Part shown: positions 57,343-64,000 of the stretch, piece by piece
Position numbering within the stretch: the stretch's first letter is position 1
Layout of the letters: every line of letters starts with the position of its first letter
NCBI RefSeq assembly: GCF_004010195.1
Contig: NC_057730.1
Coordinates: 20,564,168 to 20,628,167 of the forward strand
Reading direction: 5' to 3'
DNA: 64,000 nt
Source of the DNA: Chiloscyllium plagiosum
Taxonomy: Eukaryota
Translations under genes and position numbers: made by a program
Notes under the pieces: generated by a model
What the model saw: the letters and a program-made list of their open reading frames with translations, nothing else
Databases searched by the model: none
What the model was told of the DNA's origin: nothing

Positions 57343-58222
57343 TACAGAGAGTCATAAAACAAGGAAACAGATCCTTTGGTGCAACCAGTCCATATCGAAC
57401 ATAATCTCAAACTAAACAAGCCCGACCTGCCTGCTCTTGGCCCATATCCTTCCAAACCTTTCCTATTCATATATCTATCCAAATGTCTCTTAAACATTGT
57501 AACTGTTCCTGCAACCGCCACTTCCTCAGGAAGTTCATTCCATGCGCAAACCATCCTCTGTGTAAAAGATTTGCCCGTCATTTTTAAATATCTCCTCCTT
57601 CACTGTAAAAATATGCCCCCAGTCTTGGAATCTCCATCTTAAAGAGACACCTACTGTTAACCCCGTCTATACCACTCATGACTTTATAAACATGTATAAG
57701 GTCACCCTTCAACTCCTACACTCCTGCGAAGAGTCCTAACCTATCCAGCCTCTCTTTATCACTCAAACTTTCCATAATTGGCAATTTCCTGGTAAACCTC
57801 TTCTGAACCTTCTCTCATTCAATAATATCCTTCCTACAACAGGGAAACCAGAAATGGACTCAATAGTCCAGAAGCCCCACCAATGTCCAGTACAACCTCA
57901 ACATGACTTCTCAAATCCTATACTCGAAGCACTGAACAATGAAAGCAAGCATGCTAAATGCTTTTTTAACCACCCCGTCTATATGTGATAAACTTCAAAG
58001 AATTGTGTACCTGCATGCCTGGGTCCCTCTGTTCAACAACACTATCCAAGACTCTACCATCAATTTATATGTCCTGCCCCTGTTTGTTGTATCAAAATAT
58101 AATACCTTGCATTTATCCAAATTAAACTCTGTCTGCCATTTTTCAAGCCCATTGACCCATTTGATCAAGATCCCTTTGTAATCTTAGAAAACCTTCACTA
58201 TTATGCCACCAATTTTGGTGCC
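57343..58222 (-). mobile_element. CR1 LINE 3' portion (degenerate)
   Basis: ORF 57342-57581 (FTQRMVCAWNELPEEV..FKRHLDRYMNRKG) with upstream RT C-terminal remnants. Confidence 0.88.
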
Positions 58223-58805
58223 AATACTAACAAATCTCAATTAGGATCAGGAAAAGGTAATTTTGCTCTTTGATTGGTGAAACACTCATGGGAATTATGG
58301 CTAATCTGTGATCTAACTCATTATGCTTGCATGCATGATATATCAGAATCAAAATGAAAAGATGATCTGACATCAAATTACGTTTGCAGAAATGAGTTTC
58401 AAACATCCACGTGTACAAGTCTTTCTTAATTTCACTCTTTAAAAGTCTGATACTAATTTTTAGGGCATGTATGCTTGTCCCAGTAATAGTTTCCATCTAC
58501 CATACCTTTTCCTTTCCTCATCTAAGGAATTGATGATCAAATTATCCCTTAACTTTGAATTCCACATAACATAACATAACCCTAGTTTATGTAAACTATT
58601 CTCGTTACTTATCCCTGGAATCCAGATGTCATTCTAGTAAATCAATGTTATAATCCCTCCAAAGTCGATCTCTCTTTCTCAATGTGCAGTGCCCAGATCT
58701 GAACATTGTACTTTAGACCTATCCAGAATTTTGTATGGTTCAAACATTACTTCTACTCCTTATGTTCTAGTCTGTTGGATATAAAGGTTAGAATCCCATT
58801 AGCCT

Positions 58806-58847
58806 GTTTGGAGAAGATTTGTAGCTCAGGTTGAGGTTCTGGATGCC
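58806..58847 (-). mobile_element. ~42-bp PLE terminal micro-insertion with a 16-bp target-site duplication
   Basis: The insert matches 57080-57119 and is flanked by AGAATCCCATTA(G/A)CCT at 58790-58805 and 58848-58863. Confidence 0.8.
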
Positions 58848-59704
58848 AGAATCCCATTAACCTTTTCCAGAATACATACCTGTTCATAAGACTTTACTAG
58901 TCTATATGCTTGGAGCTTCCCATGCCTTTTTAAGATCTTACAGCACCAGTTTTTCATTATTCAGAAAATACCCTCTTCCCTGGTCCAAATGATTGACGTT
59001 TTTGTCCCTATTGAAATCTACTGCCATAGTTTTATCTATTCAATTAACTAATCCCATTAATAAACAGATAATTCCTGAGGTTGCTAAACGCATCTGTGTG
59101 CAACACCATTAGTCACATTCTGCCAATGGGAAGACTCTCCCATTATGCCTACTTTATCCTGTTGCTTCACAAATTTCTGAACCAGGTTAATAATTTGCCT
59201 TTAATCCCATCATCTGAAGTTTTTGTTAACAAATGTTTAAAGGCGGACTGAAATACTTGCTGGAAGTCCAAAGAGATAGCATCCATTAAAATTCCCTTGT
59301 CCATGACATCAGCCATCTCTTCAAGAACTTTAATCAGATTGATCAGATACGATCCATCCTTTACAAGCCCAAGCTGCTGAGTTGAAAAGTTTTATAAGAA
59401 GATTATTATAAGTTGGTTTGCTAACCTAAATACCGTTTGTAACAGGAATAGTTAGTACACAATTTAGATTCTGAAACATCTAAAAAATTTGATTTTTAAA
59501 ATTTGTATTTTTAGAATGATACCATGTCAAGAAATATGCTAAAATGTACTTTAAAACTGGAGTACTGTATTCATTTTGCAAACAAATAGGAATTTTGAAA
59601 AATCATGATAGTTCCATCAGATTGCACTATTTGTGAACAGCAAGCAGCAATATTATTCATTCACCATTCAGCCTGAACTTGCGTTATATTTGTATTTATT
59701 AGAA

Positions 59705-59885
59705 CTAAAAGAACTGCAGAAGCTGTAAATCAGAAACTGCTGGAAAAGCTAATCAGGTCTGACAGGATCTGTGACAGAAATCAGAATTAACATTTTGGGT
59801 TGAGTGACCCTCAAAACTGACTGATTTCTCTCCACAGATCCAGCCAGACCTGCTGAGCTTTTCCAGCAATTTATGTTTTTGTTGG
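59705..59885. mobile_element. PLE-terminus-derived palindrome
   Basis: Arms tgctggaaaagctaatcaggtctgacaggatctgtgacagaaatcag / ctgatttctctccacagatccagccagacctgctgagcttttccagca around a ttttggg..ccctcaaaa hairpin. Confidence 0.75.
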
Positions 59886-60164
59886 GGCTGTGTTTATTGT
59901 GGTTTGTTCTACAGAAAATGTGAAAATAGAGAAAATAACAAATATTTCAAGGTTTAAACCATGTCTATCACTGAACCACAATTAAAATCTATGGAACAGC
60001 ACCAAAAACATTGGATTGTCCAAGACTCGTGTGAAGGTAAGCCAAGTGGCCTTCACCTACAGTACTAAGTAATATTGCCAAACTGTTACCCAGATGATGG
60101 GATTCTGTTTGCATGTTAATTTATGGAGTTTCAGAAAATACAGGTTTGACTTTATTGAAACATA

Positions 60165-60490
60165 CATTTTAATGGAGCTTGAAAGGGTTGATTTGAAAAA
60201 TATGTTTCTACAGCGGATGAATTTCATGCCAGGGAAGATAGTTACAGAATACAGATTTACTCAAAACTGAGATGCAAAGGAATTTCTTTCTCTCAGAAGG
60301 CAATGATATCTGGAACTCTATCTCTAAATTGTGGAGGCTATATCAAAAAGCATAAAAGAGGAGATTACGAGATTTTTCAAACATCAAAAATGTGAGGGCT
60401 ATGAGAAACTAGAGTTCAGGTTTGCTGCAGATCAGCCACAATCTTATTCTGCCTCACTGTTCTATAAGAGCTGAATGGCCTACTCTAGCT
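60165..60490 (+). mobile_element. Old CR1-type LINE 3' end
   Basis: Similar to 32900-33180 (ctgagatgcaaaggaatttctt..cagatcagcc..gaatggcctactc). Confidence 0.65.
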
Positions 60491-61759
60491 CTTACATTTT
60501 ATTTTTTAAAATGCGATGAGTGAATTTTTAAAAAATTAACTAGCTTGAAGATGTTACATTCTATTGAGCTAGATTCCCCCAGCACTGGCTGCCCTCTGGT
60601 CCTTTATTCTGATTGAGCATTCTTCACATTATGACCTTAGGTATTGAGTTTCAACAAGCTATGTGACCATGGACACTCATGCTCAATCCTGCCAGTAGAG
60701 ATCCATTTTCCAACACGGTTACTGAATAATGATCATGAGTCGATCAATTTTTTCAGCATATATGAGAAGTATTGATTGCCAGGCTAGTAATTAATATTCA
60801 GTTTGCCCAAAAGAAACCTAGATTTCTCAGTTGTCATATACATTTTTTTGTAAGGTTCATAAATTCAATTGGTTATTAAAAGGATTGATCTGTTGCAAAG
60901 AAAATGTTCAATTAGTATAGAATTAGATGAGTACAATCAGTACAATGTTAAAATACAGTCATGACACCTTATTTTACAGCTAATTTACAGGGCACACAGA
61001 ACAACCTTCCCTCACTATTTACAAATTTTATTTTCCCTTTCTCCCAAACAGGGTTAATAATTATGGGATACAGGACAGACAGGCTGAGAAATGCCTTAAT
61101 GAGTTAGGAGTGCAAGCCAGTTTGGCACTTCACATAAGCGACATTTAGGCCATACATTTCTCAACTGCATAGCATTGTCTACATTAGGCACAATAATACT
61201 TTATCTATCTAAATATAACCTGTGATTTGGTCACCACATAATTCACTACCATCAAGAGAACAAAGACATTTATTATTTGCCAAATATTATTTATTGACTT
61301 GTTTACAGTACAGTTGCTGACTTTAAAATCAGAATGTCAAAACCCTAACCACATTTTACAAAAAAAATTAACAAAACTACATCCACAGACTACAAACCAC
61401 TAACAAGCTGTTGATTTCAAAACGTGAGACAATTATAAGTTGCATAGCCATGAAAGATCTCTGTATTATAACAAAGAAACAGACAGGACAACAATCTCAA
61501 TCCTTTTAAAGCTATAGTTTTAAAAACTCGACGATAGAATAATTTTAGTGATACTAACTTTTGACTCCTCAAATTAGAGTTGAAATCCAGTTGCGGCTAA
61601 GGGAATGAAAGTTTCTCTTTTCTGAAAGAATCCCATGACAAAATGGGTTTGAATAAAATCTCAAGCGGAGAAGCAAGTTCCCATCTAGAATTGGTCAATC
61701 TCATGGAGGCGACAGGACAAGTGCTGAGATAATAAACATGGACAATATTTCACCGGGGG

Positions 61760-62450
61760 AAACGATTGTCCGGGACAATGTACAAGATTGAATTTAATCT
61801 GCACCTGAACCAGAGCTTCCCTCTCCACTACCCCGCCCCCCAACGAGTTCAAACATCGAGTCAGGGCCGGAATTTAGGGACTGTCCCTGCCCTCCTCTCT
61901 CGAGGATTCCGATCGGGCCTTTCAGTCGCAGAGAGGTCGGAGCTCCGGGGAGAGACGGCGAAAATATCCCCAAAAACCCCCGAACAACTTCATTCGGCGG
62001 AAAGGAGGAGAAATGAACCAACCCGCGCTTCCAGCTTGAACAAGGTATCATTCCCCTCCTCCGCGGGAGGAAGGAACTCACACCATCACCGAGTCCGAGC
62101 ACAAAATGGCGCCGAGAAAAACCAGACGCCACCGCCTTCAGCCTCTGGGTGGAAACAAATTCCCCCGGAAACACTGACATCTCCATCCAATCTGGGAGCC
62201 GCTAATGTTTTACTTCACGTGTACAAACAGAAACTTACGGTTATACATTGAGAAACGGCGCATTTAAATATTAAAATAGGATTTGGTTCCATATTTGAAT
62301 AATAAAATAAAATCACGGAATTCAATCAATTAAAGACGCGGGTAAAAACGTCAGATGTGCGCCGCTGTTTGTGCGTCGCGAAGTGATTGCGTAAGAAGCT
62401 GTTGGTGCAGGGCTGAGAAGTTGCAGTAGCTCCTCATGAGGGAAGAGGTG
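61760..62450. promoter_or_regulatory. CpG-island-like promoter, probably of DXO (non-coding exon 1), possibly bidirectional
   Basis: The strongest CpG enrichment in the window. YY1-type AAAATGGCG at about 62103, CCGGAA ETS-like sites, TGACGT on - near 62350 and TCGCGA near 62376. DXO has a splice acceptor upstream of its ATG. Confidence 0.6.
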
Positions 62451-62814
62451 ATTATAGCTCACCGTTTTGTTGTTGGGATATGGTTTCCACACTTGATTAT
62501 TTCATCCTACTTCTGAAAAATCTCCCCCAATCATATTTCAACTGGAGGGAATACAGTATATTGTAGCCTCTGTCTTGATCCACAATAACTCTCACCCCCC
62601 GACACTCTCCTGTGTATACCCACCTGCGGTTACTCTAGATTATGAGGAAATTCAAAACTCTCATTCTTGATTTCTAATCTTGTCGTGATAGCGGATACTC
62701 AGTCAAATACTGGCTTAAGTTTGGTCGTTGTCTCCCCTCCCTTCTATAATTTTTGACGTCACGAATAGGACCTTGGTGGAACCCAAACAGAGCAGGTTAT
62801 TGATGAGCAGTGCT

Positions 62815-62890
62815 GCTAAGGGTTACACCCGAAACGTTGACTTCTCCATCTCCTGATGCTGCCTGGCCTGTTGTGTTCTTCCAGCCTCCT
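62815..62890 (+). mobile_element. Short PLE 3'-end relic
   Basis: aagggttacacccgaaacgttgacttctcc..gatgctgcctggcctg contains the 3' half of a hammerhead plus a PLE terminus. Confidence 0.7.
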
Positions 62891-63159
62891 GCCTGTCTAT
62901 TCATAACACTGTCAAACACATTCCTGTTGGTTCATTTAAGATAGGAGTATTGGATGGGATTGTAATGGAGGTAGACAGCTTTTGACAGGGTAATTTTCGA
63001 ATGTTTATATGGCTAGCTCTTGTTAAATTTGCAAACATGTTACTGATTCAAAGTATATAATTTGTTATTAATGTTAATATGATGCTGATTTCATAACATG
63101 TATGATTCTGCCCTGGTCCAATTAGAGATTGCAATTTTTAAAGTTTTTTTATTGCAGCC

Positions 63160-64000
63160 TCTGAATCAGAAGGTTGTCCGTTCAAGTCCTGCTTCAAATG
63201 TTTGGAGCATATCATCCAGGTTAATACTTTCAGTGCAGTACTGAGGGTGTGCAACACTGTTAGATATCTTGCCTTTTTTGGATGAGAATGTTAAACTGGG
63301 CCAGTGGGTTGAAGAGTGGCAGATGGAGTTTAATTTAGATAAATGTGAGATGTTGCATTTTGGTAAGACAAACCAGGGCAGGATTTGCACAGTTAAAAAG
63401 ATGGGATCCTGGAGGGCGTTGTTGAACAGAGCGATCTAGGGGTGCAGGTACAAAGTGCCTTGAAGGTGGTGTCACAGGTAGACTGGGTGGAGAAGAGCGT
63501 GTTTGACATGCTTGCCTTCATTGGTCAGAACATTTGAGTACAGGAGCTGGGCCGTGCTGTTATGGCTGTACAAGACATTGCTAAGGCCACACTTGGAGTG
63601 CTGTGTACAATTCTGGTTGCCGTGCTATAGGAAAGATGTTATTAAACTGGAAGGGGTTCAAAATGATTAACAACGATGTTACCGAGACTGGAGGGTTTGA
63701 GTTATAAAGAGAGGTTGGATAGGCTGGGCCTGTTCTTCCTAGAGTGTCAGAGGCTGAGGGGTGACTTTGTAGAGGTTTATAAAATCATGAGTGAATATAA
63801 AATCATGATAAGGTGAATAGCCAAAGTCTTTTCCCAGGGTAGGAGAGTCCAAAACTAGAGTGCATATGTCTAAGGTGGGAAGGGAAAGATTTAAAAAGAA
63901 GCTAAAGATAAATTCTACACACAAAAGGTGGTGTGTGTGTGTGTGTGTATTACAAGCATCCAGAGAAAGTGGTACAGATGAGTACAAATACAGCACTTAA
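63160..64000 (+). mobile_element. Deu-type SINE head (about 63160-63296) followed by a CR1 LINE fragment (about 63297-64000)
   Basis: cctctgaatcagaaggttgtccgttcaagtcc head, then [35 protein letters not shown] and RGDFVEVYKIM. Confidence 0.85.

Noticed and set aside
61766-62251. 161-aa + strand ORF (and antisense 61794-62186) in the CpG island
   Set aside because: It has a non-ATG start and no recognisable domain. Stop-poor frames are expected in GC-rich promoter DNA.

Overview
This is eukaryotic genomic DNA, almost certainly from a shark or other elasmobranch, judged from HE1-type tRNA-derived SINEs, HER1/CR1 LINEs and Deu-domain SINEs. Four spliced genes could be assembled by hand with GT-AG boundaries and consistent phases. 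They are CRYM (+, exons 2-8, first coding exon upstream of the window), ANKS4B (-, 2 exons, 429 aa), an SLC25A17/PMP34-type peroxisomal carrier (+, 9 exons, 313 aa) and DXO (-, 6 coding exons, 423 aa, probable promoter at about 62 kb). The rest is mostly non-LTR retroelements, often nested, plus two N gaps. The most unusual non-genic signal is a set of Penelope-like element (PLE) derivatives carrying minimal type I hammerhead ribozyme motifs, many of them short fold-back palindromes. One is a roughly 257-bp two-hammerhead unit with a target-site duplication at 57074-57330. Gene-level points of interest are a possible SLC25A17 ohnolog, DXO lying outside an MHC class III context, and an altered NADPH-binding loop in CRYM. 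Repeat boundaries are approximate and family names come from recalled consensus features, not from searches.
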